IMG/VR virus record: IMGVR_UViG_3300045988_103705
Length of the DNA: 17,566 nucleotides
Direction: 5' to 3' (one strand)
Source: a virus
In this document: piece by piece, positions 1-7,937 of the stretch
How positions within the stretch are numbered: position 1 is the stretch's first letter
How the letters are laid out: every line of letters begins with the position of its first letter
Translations under genes and position numbers: made by a program
Notes under the pieces: model-generated
What the model saw: the letters and a program-made list of their open reading frames with translations, nothing else
The model's database searches: none
Told to the model about the DNA's origin: nothing

Positions 1-1035
1 ATCGAATAAAACATACTTAACTTCATGCTCACGGATATTCTTTTTTATCTTATTTTCTACATCTTGCAAAGAAAAATCCGGCAATTCTTCAATCCAAATC
101 GGACTTCTTTTAATAATTTCCGCGGCTTTGAGAACTCGATCCTTTTCTCCATCAAAATATTGGCCATTCAAGATATGCTCTTCATTTACATCAGAAAGAA
201 ATGCTAACATCATAGTTTGCACTTCTCCTTTATCTTGCTCTGTCGCAATAAACAAAGTTGGTTGAGAAGTTCCGTTTTTAATCCAACCAAATTGATCATG
301 ATAGATCTCATTACACGCAAAATTACAAGCATCCGCAATCATTGATCTAGTTTTTCCAGTTCCTGTAGCAGCTGACCGCAAATAAAATTTTCTCAATCTT
401 GCGCCTCTTGTTACTGTATTAATCAATGGGCCATATAGAGGAATACCGACTTCTGGATGTTGTTCTAAATCACTGATTAAATCGTCGATTCCGTCTCCGG
501 CTTGATACCCCAATCCTAAATCATCTTCAATATATTTACTCTTGATTTCATCTATTTTTACATCAATAGCATGAGCTATTTCAACTAAACTTGTATTATC
601 TAACCAATCTTCTTGCATTTGTCTCTTTTTAGTATCAAGAATATTATTTGGGTCGTAAAGATAGGTTACATCAAGTCCAAAGCTATTATATGCCCTTAAT
701 AGAGTAAATTTTTTTAATCTATTATAGTAGTAATTAAAAGTATCCTATCGAGCGTTTTGTGATGCTTCAAGAAGATAATCTACACCTTTATTTTGTTTAA
801 ATATAGCATCAAATTTGGGTCTATTCGCTAAATAATCTATAATTGCATCAATATTGACTTGACTGCCTGTTAGATGAATATTATAGATACTCCCAAAGAT
901 AATTTTGTGAAAATCCTCTTGAAAATCATCTTCATGAATTATATATTTATCTGCATCATCGAGAATAGAGGCATTATTAAATACACACCCAATTATTTGA
1001 GTAATTGCTGCTGTATCTACATAGTTACTCTTCAT
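1..1035 (-). CDS. dnaB: DnaB-like replicative DNA helicase, C-terminal ~100 aa lie beyond window start. Two in-frame TAG codons (745-747, 577-579) read as sense.
   Basis: One continuous minus-strand frame from 1035 to 1 apart from the two TAGs. N-terminal DnaB-like domain (MKSNYVDTAAITQIIG...IFGSIY...IDAIIDYL). Linker LGLGYQAGDGIDDL. P-loop region GIPLYGPLINTVTRGARLRKFYLRSAATGTGKTRSM, then ...KYVLFD. RBS GAGGAGG lies 6 nt before the second ATG (1033-1035); the ORF-track M at 1050 is the first ATG. Confidence 0.8.
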
Positions 1036-1558
1036 GTGTTTCCTCCTCATTTAAGAAAGTAAATAGCTTTCGTATATGTTTCATTGGTTGTCGCTGAGGA
1101 GGCTCTATATGAACTTCTCTTACAGGCAAAATAAATTCTTTTATATCTACCCGCTCATTTCTTTCTCTTGCTTCCCACAATGCTCTCCAATATAGATATG
1201 CTTCATCATAAACAAAAGGAACAATACCAATTCCACCATTGGCCTTTTCAATAGAATTTCCTTTTATCTCAAAAAAATATTTTAATGTTTTATATATTCC
1301 TGTATATGAATAATTTCTATCTTTTTTAAAGGTTTCTATTTGTTTTTTAATTTTTGGGGAGATACAATTAATTCCAAATAAATCCTTTATATATTTTTCT
1401 AATAATTCTTTATCTTTTTCTTCTTGAGTTTTATTTTCTTCTGCCGTTTGCGCACAAGTTTTATGAGCGTAACGTCTTGAATTTGGTTTAACGTATGGGG
1501 TGGTTGATGCATCAAATATTTCTCCACAGTAAAAACATTTTACCATGTGTTTCGCCAT
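1025..1558 (-). CDS. Zinc-ribbon protein (CxxC...HxxC) immediately upstream of and overlapping dnaB. Possible helicase loader or replication accessory protein.
   Basis: Intact 177-aa ORF. N-terminal CFYCGEIF...RRYAHKTC motif. RBS AAAGGAG 8 nt upstream of the ATG. Overlaps the dnaB start by about 10 nt. Confidence 0.55.
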   Translation of the reverse strand: MAKHMVKCFYCGEIFDASTTPYVKPNSRRYAHKTCAQTAEENKTQEEKDKELLEKYIKDLFGINCISPKIKKQIETFKKDRNYSYTGIYKTLKYFFEIKGNSIEKANGGIGIVPFVYDEAYLYWRALWEARERNERVDIKEFILPVREVHIEPPQRQPMKHIRKLFTFLNEEETHEE

Positions 1559-1593
1559 ACATTACGCTCCTTTCTTTATAACCTTATATAAAT

Positions 1594-1622
1594 ATAATAT
1601 CATATTTTAGATAAAAAATCAA
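1594..1622 (-). promoter_or_regulatory. Sigma-70-like promoter for the Zn-ribbon/dnaB transcription unit: TTGATT-N17-TATTAT with extended -10 TG (minus-strand reading).
   Basis: Minus strand reads TTGATT TTTTATCTAAAATATGA TATTAT. The -35 is the reverse complement of 1617-1622 and the -10 that of 1594-1599. The same architecture recurs at five other sites. Confidence 0.55.
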
Positions 1623-1656
1623 GGAAGGAGAAATATCCTTGATACTCTCCTTCCTT
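1621..1656 (-). terminator. Hairpin terminator downstream of the AAA_24 gene (11-bp stem, aaggaaggaga...tctccttcctt) followed on the minus strand by GATTTTTTAT. Overlaps the next promoter's -35.
   Basis: Perfect inverted repeat 1621-1631 / 1646-1656 with a T-run after it in the direction of transcription. Confidence 0.55.
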
Positions 1657-1660
1657 TCAT

Positions 1661-2641
1661 TTAGGTCTTAATTAAGTCTTCTAATTCATGAATAATTAGA
1701 TCCAATTGTTCAGACTGTTCGGGAGTGCAGTCTCCAACTTTTTTCCCTTTGCCTAAAAATTTATCAACAATAGCAGTAATTTTAACTGCATTGGATTGAT
1801 TTTCTGACATAAGATTTCCAACTAAATCATTAAATCTTGTCATTAGATAATCAAAATCATAAGTAACATCTTCTGTGACAACTTGTGTTGCCTCATCTGT
1901 AATATACTTGCCACCAGTTTCTTCTGCTTGCTTATCAATAGCATCAGAAATTGCTTTTACAAGATTATCATATGTAAATTCAATAGATTCTGGAACATAC
2001 TTAAATCTTGAACCGGCAACATATTGCGGAGTTCCGCGCATAAAGAGACGAGTTTCTGTGCCTCCAGATTCATTGGTTACAGAACGAGAATAACCAATAA
2101 TATCACAAGTTCTCTCACAAATTAATCTACCTCTATTGTCAAGAGTTGGTACAATTTGAGAAGCGACATCTTCTCCTTTTGCATTTTTTTCTGTCTTTAC
2201 TTTGGCATGAGAAATCAAAATAAGACCATAATTAAGTTGTAGAATTTTACGAATTGCTTCATCAAATTCTGTACTAACAAGTGCATATCCCTTTCCATAA
2301 GGAATATCACCAATAGTATCAACAGCCTCGCGTCCGCAAATAAACTTCTCACAATAGCCATATGCAATATCTGCTGTATCAATTACAATAGTTTGGAATT
2401 TTTCTTGAACTTCTGGAGTTTTTAATTCACTAAAAAGTTTCTTAAATTCACCCCAACTATTGATTGGTTGAGCATATACTCCTGGCAAGGCATTATAACC
2501 TTTCTCAAAAGCAAGTAGTAGCGCTTTTGGAAACTTACTAGCAATAGTTGTTTTGCCAGACTTTGGATCCCCATAGAAAAATACTGAATAACCTCTTAAA
2601 TCTCTTGATACTTCGTGTGGTTTAATATCTAATAAACTCAT
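1661..2641 (-). CDS. AAA_24 / Sak4-like RecA-family phage nucleotide-binding ATPase.
   Basis: Intact 326-aa ORF. Walker A GDPKSGKTT followed by LLLAFEKG, typical of the AAA_24 family. RBS GAAGGAG upstream. Confidence 0.75.
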   Translation of the reverse strand: MSLLDIKPHEVSRDLRGYSVFFYGDPKSGKTTIASKFPKALLLAFEKGYNALPGVYAQPINSWGEFKKLFSELKTPEVQEKFQTIVIDTADIAYGYCEKFICGREAVDTIGDIPYGKGYALVSTEFDEAIRKILQLNYGLILISHAKVKTEKNAKGEDVASQIVPTLDNRGRLICERTCDIIGYSRSVTNESGGTETRLFMRGTPQYVAGSRFKYVPESIEFTYDNLVKAISDAIDKQAEETGGKYITDEATQVVTEDVTYDFDYLMTRFNDLVGNLMSENQSNAVKITAIVDKFLGKGKKVGDCTPEQSEQLDLIIHELEDLIKT

Positions 2642-2673
2642 TTATTAATCGCTCCTTCTAAAATTAATTGGGA

Positions 2674-2700
2674 AAGAAAGGGAAAAAATCTCCCTTTCTT
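2674..2700 (-). terminator. 10-bp-stem hairpin (aagaaaggga / tccctttctt) overlapping the stop of the upstream gene. Possible attenuator or weak terminator between the SSB-like and AAA_24 genes.
   Basis: Perfect inverted repeat with a 7-nt loop. T-rich tract follows on the minus strand. Confidence 0.4.
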
Positions 2701-3655
2701 AGAATTTATATTCTCCCTTTGCAGGAGCGGAAGTAGAAGTACCGCTAAGTGCGTTACCCTTTGTAGCCTGATACTCGTCTTGACGCTTTTTAATTTCTGC
2801 AAGAGTAACTTCGCGAGCCGCCATCTTTTCATTAAGTTCAGAAACAAGAAGAGTTTCTTCGCTATCCCATGCATAAGTTTCAGGCTGTGCCCAGTTAATC
2901 ACAAAATCTCGCTGAGAGTTACGAACCTCTTTTACCTTTGTATCACCAAAAGCACTTTCTTCTTCAATTTTGCGGATTACTGTCTTAGAAATTTGAACAC
3001 CTTGTACTCTAGTAAATACTGGAGAACTAGAAGTTGCTCCAAGATTCTCAAAATAATCAAGAGCCTTTTCTGGTGCATAAGGAGTATATACATTAAATTC
3101 AACAGGAAGCAGAGATCCACGGAAATCAAAAATGCACCCTTTTACAGTTACCTTTTCAGGTAAATCGCGCTCTTCATCAGCTTCTGTACGAATTACATTA
3201 GTAATAACCATATCAGTATCAAATGTTGCACGATTCTTTTCTTCCGCGAGCTCCTGAGTCACATGGACAAACCCACCCTCATTTCTTTTTACACTTACAA
3301 GAGGGTGACCAGTAGTATTATTATCATACCACTCATTTAGACCAATAGCAGAATCAATACGGAGCTTTCCTGCGTTTTCTTTACCATGCTCCATTACAGA
3401 GCCAATCTTTCCCTCAATAATATTCAAAAGAACTCCATAGGTAGAATTTGCTTTTCCGTTTTTAGTAGTCTCAGTTACATAACTAAAATGAACATCAACT
3501 ACATTGAGCATTTCATCATCGGTTGCAATTCTCAAAATACCGTTAATAAACTCTGTTCCAGGATTTTTAGAATTTTCTCCAGAAACTTTCTTTTCGAGCT
3601 TATGCTCATAGACATACCCTTCAATATGAGTAGCATTAATCATTTTCTTTTTCAT
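2699..3655 (-). CDS. Hypothetical protein, possible ssDNA-binding or recombination-associated protein. The C-terminus ends in an aromatic residue (..KGEYKF) and the gene sits next to the Sak4-like ATPase.
   Basis: Intact 318-aa ORF with RBS GAGGAGAG. Function is inferred from genomic context only; no diagnostic motif recognised. Confidence 0.35.
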   Translation of the reverse strand: MKKKMINATHIEGYVYEHKLEKKVSGENSKNPGTEFINGILRIATDDEMLNVVDVHFSYVTETTKNGKANSTYGVLLNIIEGKIGSVMEHGKENAGKLRIDSAIGLNEWYDNNTTGHPLVSVKRNEGGFVHVTQELAEEKNRATFDTDMVITNVIRTEADEERDLPEKVTVKGCIFDFRGSLLPVEFNVYTPYAPEKALDYFENLGATSSSPVFTRVQGVQISKTVIRKIEEESAFGDTKVKEVRNSQRDFVINWAQPETYAWDSEETLLVSELNEKMAAREVTLAEIKKRQDEYQATKGNALSGTSTSAPAKGEYKF

Positions 3656-4031
3656 TATTTAACTCTCCTCTATACTTTTCAATATCAAAATTTTTACCTT
3701 TTTCGGTCAGGGTATAAACCACAGGATTAGAACCAAACTTCTCAACAAAACCATCAGAAACTAACTTTCTAATAGAACCAGAAACTTTTCTGGAAGAAAT
3801 CTCCATCCCATCAGCTATATCTTTTGCTTTTAAAGATTTAGCATTACTATTTTGAAGATACTCAAGGATTTGAAATCCAGTTTCAGTAAAAAGAGGTTTA
3901 TCAATATGCTTGTCTTGTTGTGAACGAAGAATATCATAAAATTCTTTTACTTCATCCGGGATAATAACAGGTTCTTTACAATTAGCTATAAGCCAATCAA
4001 AATAATTTAAAAAAGTCTCACATTTGTTCAT
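3636..4031 (-). CDS. Winged-helix (MarR-like) DNA-binding transcriptional regulator.
   Basis: 131 aa. wHTH signature KDIADGMEISSRKVSGSIRKLVSDGFVEK...PVVYTLTEKG. An own promoter lies directly upstream. Confidence 0.65.
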   Translation of the reverse strand: MNKCETFLNYFDWLIANCKEPVIIPDEVKEFYDILRSQQDKHIDKPLFTETGFQILEYLQNSNAKSLKAKDIADGMEISSRKVSGSIRKLVSDGFVEKFGSNPVVYTLTEKGKNFDIEKYRGELNNEKEND

Positions 4032-4059
4032 ATCATTTTCCTCTTTATTTTATATAAAT

Positions 4060-4088
4060 ATAATAACATATAAAATAAAGATTGTCAA
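4060..4088 (-). promoter_or_regulatory. Promoter TTGACA-N17-TATTAT driving the wHTH regulator gene. The -35 overlaps the thyX stop codon.
   Basis: Minus strand reads TTGACA ATCTTTATTTTATATGT TATTAT, followed by AAAGAGGAAAA and the ATG. Confidence 0.55.
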
Positions 4089-4711
4089 TCAAGAGCAATA
4101 TCATCAAAGATTACAGGGATTTTTTCCTTGACTTTATTAAGTGCAATAATTGCTACTTCTCTTATTTGCGGATGGGCGGCTGAAGAGCAGCGAAGCTTGA
4201 AGAAATGCCGCCACTCCCGCAAATTCGCAGTCATAACTACCTCTGTTTTTAAACTATTAGGTAGAACTGCTCTTGCTTCCTAAGGAGTGCATCCGGCAGA
4301 GAGCATATTAAAATATTCTTCTTCCGCATTTTGACAAGCATTATACCAATGATTGTAGGCTGGACTGCTCTTGATTAAGAAACAAGGTTCAATAACAGTA
4401 ATTTCATTTCCGAACCCGTCTTTTGAATAATTGCAATATCTTGTAGATTCTTGACAATAGGCAGCCAATCTATGACGAACAATTTCATGGCTAACACCTC
4501 TATCGCAAATAAATTTAAGAGTAAAAGAGCAATGCTCGAGGACTGCTTCATGTCCTCTTTTAATAATATTCTAAACAAATTTTACAGCACTATCTTCTGT
4601 AATCTTATCTTCAGATTTATAACAAACTCTACCGCACTGTTCAATTCGTTTAAGAATTATCTTACCGTCAATAGGTGTAATCAGTTCAACATCTGGCTTA
4701 ATAATTTTCAT
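4085..4711 (-). CDS. thyX: Flavin-dependent thymidylate synthase ThyX with two in-frame TAG codons (4571-4573 and 4280-4282). Stop is TGA.
   Basis: One frame gives MKIIKPDVELITP...KFV[TAG]NIIKRGHEAVLEHCSFTLKF...HEIVRHRLAAYCQESTRY (the RHR-x7-S-x-R ThyX motif) ...SAGCTP[TAG]EARAVLPNSLKTEVVMTANLREWRHFFKLRCSSAAHPQIREVA. The ORF-track pieces 4375..4578 and 4280..4468 are fragments of this gene. RBS AGGAATAAT upstream. Confidence 0.85.
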
Positions 4712-4712
4712 A

Positions 4713-4988
4713 TTATTCCTCACTTAAATTATATCCAATAAGTTCCATACAAGGATTTATTAATCGCAATAATATCTCTACTTCATCAATTACGAATTTT
4801 TCCTTCAAATCTCTATTTTTTAGAAATTCAGAATAACTAATACAATTTAGTCCAATAATTCCATATTGTTCTGCTTTAATTCTCATTGAGCGTGGATTGC
4901 TACATACAAAAATAGCATCATTATCTTTAGCATATTGCATTAGTTGATAGGTTTTTCCAGTACATCTGTTACCAATAATTCTAAACAT
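4713..4988 (-). CDS. Small (91 aa) P-loop NTPase-like protein with a minimal Walker A (GNRCTGKT) and Walker B (FVIDE).
   Basis: Intact ORF. RBS GGAGGG 6 nt upstream. Start codon overlaps the GIY-YIG gene stop (TAATG). Confidence 0.45.
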   Translation of the reverse strand: MFRIIGNRCTGKTYQLMQYAKDNDAIFVCSNPRSMRIKAEQYGIIGLNCISYSEFLKNRDLKEKFVIDEVEILLRLINPCMELIGYNLSEE

Positions 4989-5892
4989 TAAGACCCTCCG
5001 CGAGTGGTATTTAAACCAAAATCTTTCGTTTTATAAAACTCAATCCAATAAGTTTCTCTCTCATTTAAATTTTCCCTTGAAACTTCTTCTAAAATCTCAA
5101 AGGTAAAACTCCAGATTTCTACATGGTAGAATATAGTTTATTGGTTGCTTTTCCGTAAGTTAAAGCAGATTTAATATGTTGTCTAAAACGTTCTTTTATA
5201 TCAACTGACTATCCTATATAGGATTTCCCAGTGGTCAAATCAGTTATCCTATAAATTCCACAATATTTAATTGCTTTTGGGAATAACCGAGCTGTTAATA
5301 TATCATAAGCTGGTTTATAATACACTTCCCATATTAACTTATCTATGCTTTCTTTTTTGACAAATCTAGGTTGCAACTCACGCAATAATGTAATATCATT
5401 TATATCAATTTCATCAAGAGCTAAACGATAGTAATCTTGATTAGAGTCAATCTCTTCCTATCTTTGTTGAGCCTAAATATAAGCAAGTTGTTTAGCTTGT
5501 AAATCCGCTAATTTACTGGATTCGATAGAAATTTTATTTGATAAATCTTGACTTTTAGCATTAAAAGTCATAGTAAGCTCATTTTCTTTTTCTTCATAGG
5601 ATTTTAAAAGCGCGGAAATGCGAATCTAGTATGCCTCATCAGCTTGCTTTTGTGCATTTTCCCGCATTTCTTCCTAAGATTTTACTAGAGAAGAAAGAAT
5701 TTCATTTTCAGAGTATATATTTTCTTTTATATTAGATAATACTTCTCTATTATGTTTTATTTCCTATTCTATCTCTGAGTTTTTCCTCTAATTATTTATA
5801 TTAACTTCAATTATTTGATGCTCTTGTTTCTTGAGATAATAGATATAAATTATTAACCCGATTATAGTAATTAATAATAACCCTATAATCAT
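4988..5892 (-). CDS. Membrane-anchored coiled-coil protein with a C-terminal GIY-YIG nuclease domain. Eight in-frame TAG codons plus an apparent 1-nt deletion near 5105-5108, so it may be a frameshifted pseudogene or carry a sequencing error.
   Basis: ATG at 5890-5892. Protein is MIIGLLLITIIGLIIYIYYL (TM helix), then an EKQ-rich coiled coil containing TAGs, then CGIYRITDLTTGKSYIG[TAG]SVDIKERFRQHIK...NKLYSTM[TAG]KSGV, and after a frame change FTFEILEEVSRENLNERETYWIEFYKTKDFGLNTTRGGS. The span is 905 nt, not a multiple of 3. Confidence 0.55.
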
Positions 5893-5902
5893 ATTTAAAA
5901 AA

Positions 5903-5929
5903 TTCGGGGAGAGTTAACCTCTCCCCGAA
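5903..5929 (-). terminator. Strong intrinsic terminator (11-bp GC-rich stem ttcggggagag / ctctccccgaa, loop ttaac) downstream of the 5935..6210 gene.
   Basis: Perfect inverted repeat followed on the minus strand by a TTTTTT run. Confidence 0.7.
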
Positions 5930-5934
5930 TAAAA

Positions 5935-6210
5935 TTACTCTTGAGCGTCTGGGTCGAGATCTAGCCCGCTTTGAGTTAAATGGAGATACTTTACCTTCTG
6001 ATGAGAACCATCTTCAAGAGTTACCTCATCAGGAACGCGCTCTCCAAGTCCCTTGCGTTGGAAAGCAGAAGTAAAAATACCATCAACTTGACGCTTCTCA
6101 AGTCCAAGAGCTTCAGCAACATCTGCCGCTGTTAAATTTTCACCATTATGCTCCTTTAAATAATCTAAAACCTTACGAGTATTTTCTTTCATAGCTGCCA
6201 TAGTAGACAT
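5935..6210 (-). CDS. Small winged-helix DNA-binding protein in a GC-enriched gene. Putative regulator.
   Basis: 91-aa ORF. wHTH-like LTAADVAEALGLEKRQVDGIFTSAFQRKGL. Codon usage is markedly GC-richer than neighbouring genes. RBS AAAGGAGA; the true start may be the second ATG at 6199-6201. Confidence 0.45.
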   Translation of the reverse strand: MSTMAAMKENTRKVLDYLKEHNGENLTAADVAEALGLEKRQVDGIFTSAFQRKGLGERVPDEVTLEDGSHQKVKYLHLTQSGLDLDPDAQE

Positions 6211-6238
6211 TCTCCTTTAATAATAAATTTATTTTAAT

Positions 6239-6442
6239 TTAATTTGTTGCTAAATCTTGAACCATAGTGTCAATTTCTAGCATAATATTTATCCCGTCGC
6301 TTAATGACATAATTTGATTGGTAATCTGCATAATTCGATTATCAGCTCGGGATTTTTCTTCCTTTGAGGAAGTTTCATTTTGGTGAATTTGCTCACATTT
6401 ATAAAGTTCTTGAGCGAGCTTTTTCATCTATTTTCGGGTCAT
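6239..6442 (-). CDS. Small hypothetical protein (67 aa) whose N-terminus is extended through an in-frame TAG at 6428-6430.
   Basis: A consensus promoter and RBS AAGGA are correctly spaced for the ATG at 6440-6442. The ORF-track ATG at 6427 has no SD and lies just after the TAG. Confidence 0.4.
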
Positions 6443-6477
6443 ATAATTTCTATCCTTTATCCCTGAATTACATATAT

Positions 6478-6506
6478 ATTATATCTAAAATATTTTTTTA
6501 AGTCAA
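6478..6506 (-). promoter_or_regulatory. Consensus sigma-70 promoter TTGACT-N17-TATAAT.
   Basis: Minus strand reads TTGACT TAAAAAAATATTTTAGA TATAAT, about 30 nt upstream of the ATG at 6442. Confidence 0.65.
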
Positions 6507-6540
6507 GAATTTTAGGTAAATATCTCAGCAAAGTTAGATT

Positions 6541-7647
6541 TTATGAGAAAATTTCATCTATAATACAATCTTTTGCGTCTTTATCTTCTCTCCACAACTT
6601 TAATACTGGGTGTCTTAATGTATGTTCTTTTTTATCAATAGACATGCAATCAAGAGAAACAACTTTATTAAGATAGTTCTGCGGATTTTCAGTCATATCG
6701 CGCTTCATGTCATCAGTTAGACCAGAACTAACCGTACCTAATTCTATTAGTTCGCCTTGATTATCATAAGCGCCAACTTTAATTGCTGTATTCCATCCAT
6801 AGAAATAGTATCTACTAATAGGGATTGTTCTATAATTGGGAGATCTAATTGCTTTATAGGAATTTATTTTTTCTTGTTCTACCCATACTCCATTCTCGCC
6901 TTGTTTTTCAATAGCCCAATACTCCCATGTATCTATCTCTTTTCCTGTATATTCTTTTGTTGGAGGACAAAAACCTATGCAGATTAAATCAATAGAATCC
7001 ATCTGTTTAATTTTAATTGTAGACCAAGCGGGACGTTTTCCAGGAGTATAAGGATAATCCCTTTTCTTTAAAACCGCGCCTTCGCCGCCACTTTTCAAGA
7101 TTCGAGAGATTTCTTCTTCAAGATTAGTGTCTACTTTTACTGCTAGCCGCAAGAAATTATATTGTGATAAATTATGTTTTTCCCATACTGCCGCGAGGAT
7201 TTTATATCTATCTTCTGCACCGACATTTACTAAATTGATATTATCATATTCAATTATGTCATGTATATAATAATGAATAGGATTATCTTTTTGCCTTTTG
7301 ATAGCTAAATCTGGTAGGCATCCCATTATGCTTGTTACTGTTTTAGATGTTCCTCCAGGATAATAAATCTCGCCAATTAAAATTGTATTTGATGGCATAC
7401 AATTTAAGGCTTCAATAATATGAGGTACATTTGCACCTTTTTCAGAGAGTAATCCAGTTGTTGTACTTGTATTACGAGAAAATAGATAACTGTAGTTATC
7501 TGTCTTTTCAAACTCATACCAATATCCATCAATTTTTTCTTCGAGAAAATAATCTCCAGATTGGCACATTTCAGAAAGCATAGATTCTTTACCAGCAGGT
7601 AATTTCCACACCTTCATAGCATCTATCATTTTAGCTTCAGGATACAT
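6541..7647 (-). CDS. ATP-dependent DNA ligase.
   Basis: 368 aa. Motif I EEKIDG (KxDG). EGAVLKK...PGKRPAWSTIKIK matches the EGhhhK and K-x-K ligase motifs. Confidence 0.7.
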   Translation of the reverse strand: MYPEAKMIDAMKVWKLPAGKESMLSEMCQSGDYFLEEKIDGYWYEFEKTDNYSYLFSRNTSTTTGLLSEKGANVPHIIEALNCMPSNTILIGEIYYPGGTSKTVTSIMGCLPDLAIKRQKDNPIHYYIHDIIEYDNINLVNVGAEDRYKILAAVWEKHNLSQYNFLRLAVKVDTNLEEEISRILKSGGEGAVLKKRDYPYTPGKRPAWSTIKIKQMDSIDLICIGFCPPTKEYTGKEIDTWEYWAIEKQGENGVWVEQEKINSYKAIRSPNYRTIPISRYYFYGWNTAIKVGAYDNQGELIELGTVSSGLTDDMKRDMTENPQNYLNKVVSLDCMSIDKKEHTLRHPVLKLWREDKDAKDCIIDEIFS

Positions 7648-7841
7648 TATTTATCAAACTCCTTATATTCTTTATATCCAAAGTAAATTCCTATAGGAAT
7701 GGCATATAAAAATAAAAACCAAGGACTAACAGTAAAACATAAGATGATTGGTAAAAATATCGTCATAGCTAAAACGAAGACAAGAAGGATGTCAACTAGT
7801 ATGAATTTAATAAGGGTGGAATTTTTTAATTTATCAATCAT
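7647..7841 (-). CDS. Small two-TM membrane protein. The likely start is the second ATG at 7839-7841, preceded by TGAGGT; the ORF-track start is at 7853.
   Basis: Hydrophobic segments LIKFILVDILLVFVLAMTIFL and PWFLFLYAIPIGIYF. Stop overlaps the ligase ATG. Confidence 0.45.
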   Translation of the reverse strand: MIDKLKNSTLIKFILVDILLVFVLAMTIFLPIILCFTVSPWFLFLYAIPIGIYFGYKEYKEFDK

Positions 7842-7873
7842 ATAAAACCTCATTTTTTTCTCTTTATATAAAT

Positions 7874-7902
7874 ATATTATAATAATAAAAAAGAAAAATC
7901 AA
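7874..7902 (-). promoter_or_regulatory. Promoter TTGATT-N17-TAATAT upstream of the membrane-protein/ligase unit.
   Basis: Minus strand reads TTGATT TTTCTTTTTTATTATTA TAATAT. Confidence 0.5.
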
Positions 7903-7904
7903 CT

Positions 7905-7937
7905 AAAGATAAGAGTGGTTTTACCACTTTTATCTTT
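7905..7937 (-). terminator. Hairpin terminator (about 15-bp stem with one mismatch) overlapping the stop codon of the GyrA-like gene.
   Basis: aaagataagagtggt / accacttttatcttt followed on the minus strand by AGTTGATTTTTCTTTTTT. Confidence 0.55.

Noticed and set aside
2638-2874. ORF 2638..2874 (78 aa, minus).
   Set aside because: It overlaps the 3' end of the SSB-like gene in another frame and the terminator hairpin. It has no RBS and a low-complexity translation.
4280-4578. ORFs 4375..4578 and 4280..4468 as independent small genes.
   Set aside because: They are out-of-frame or in-frame fragments overlapping the single thyX reading frame (4085..4711). The real frame is continuous apart from two TAG codons.
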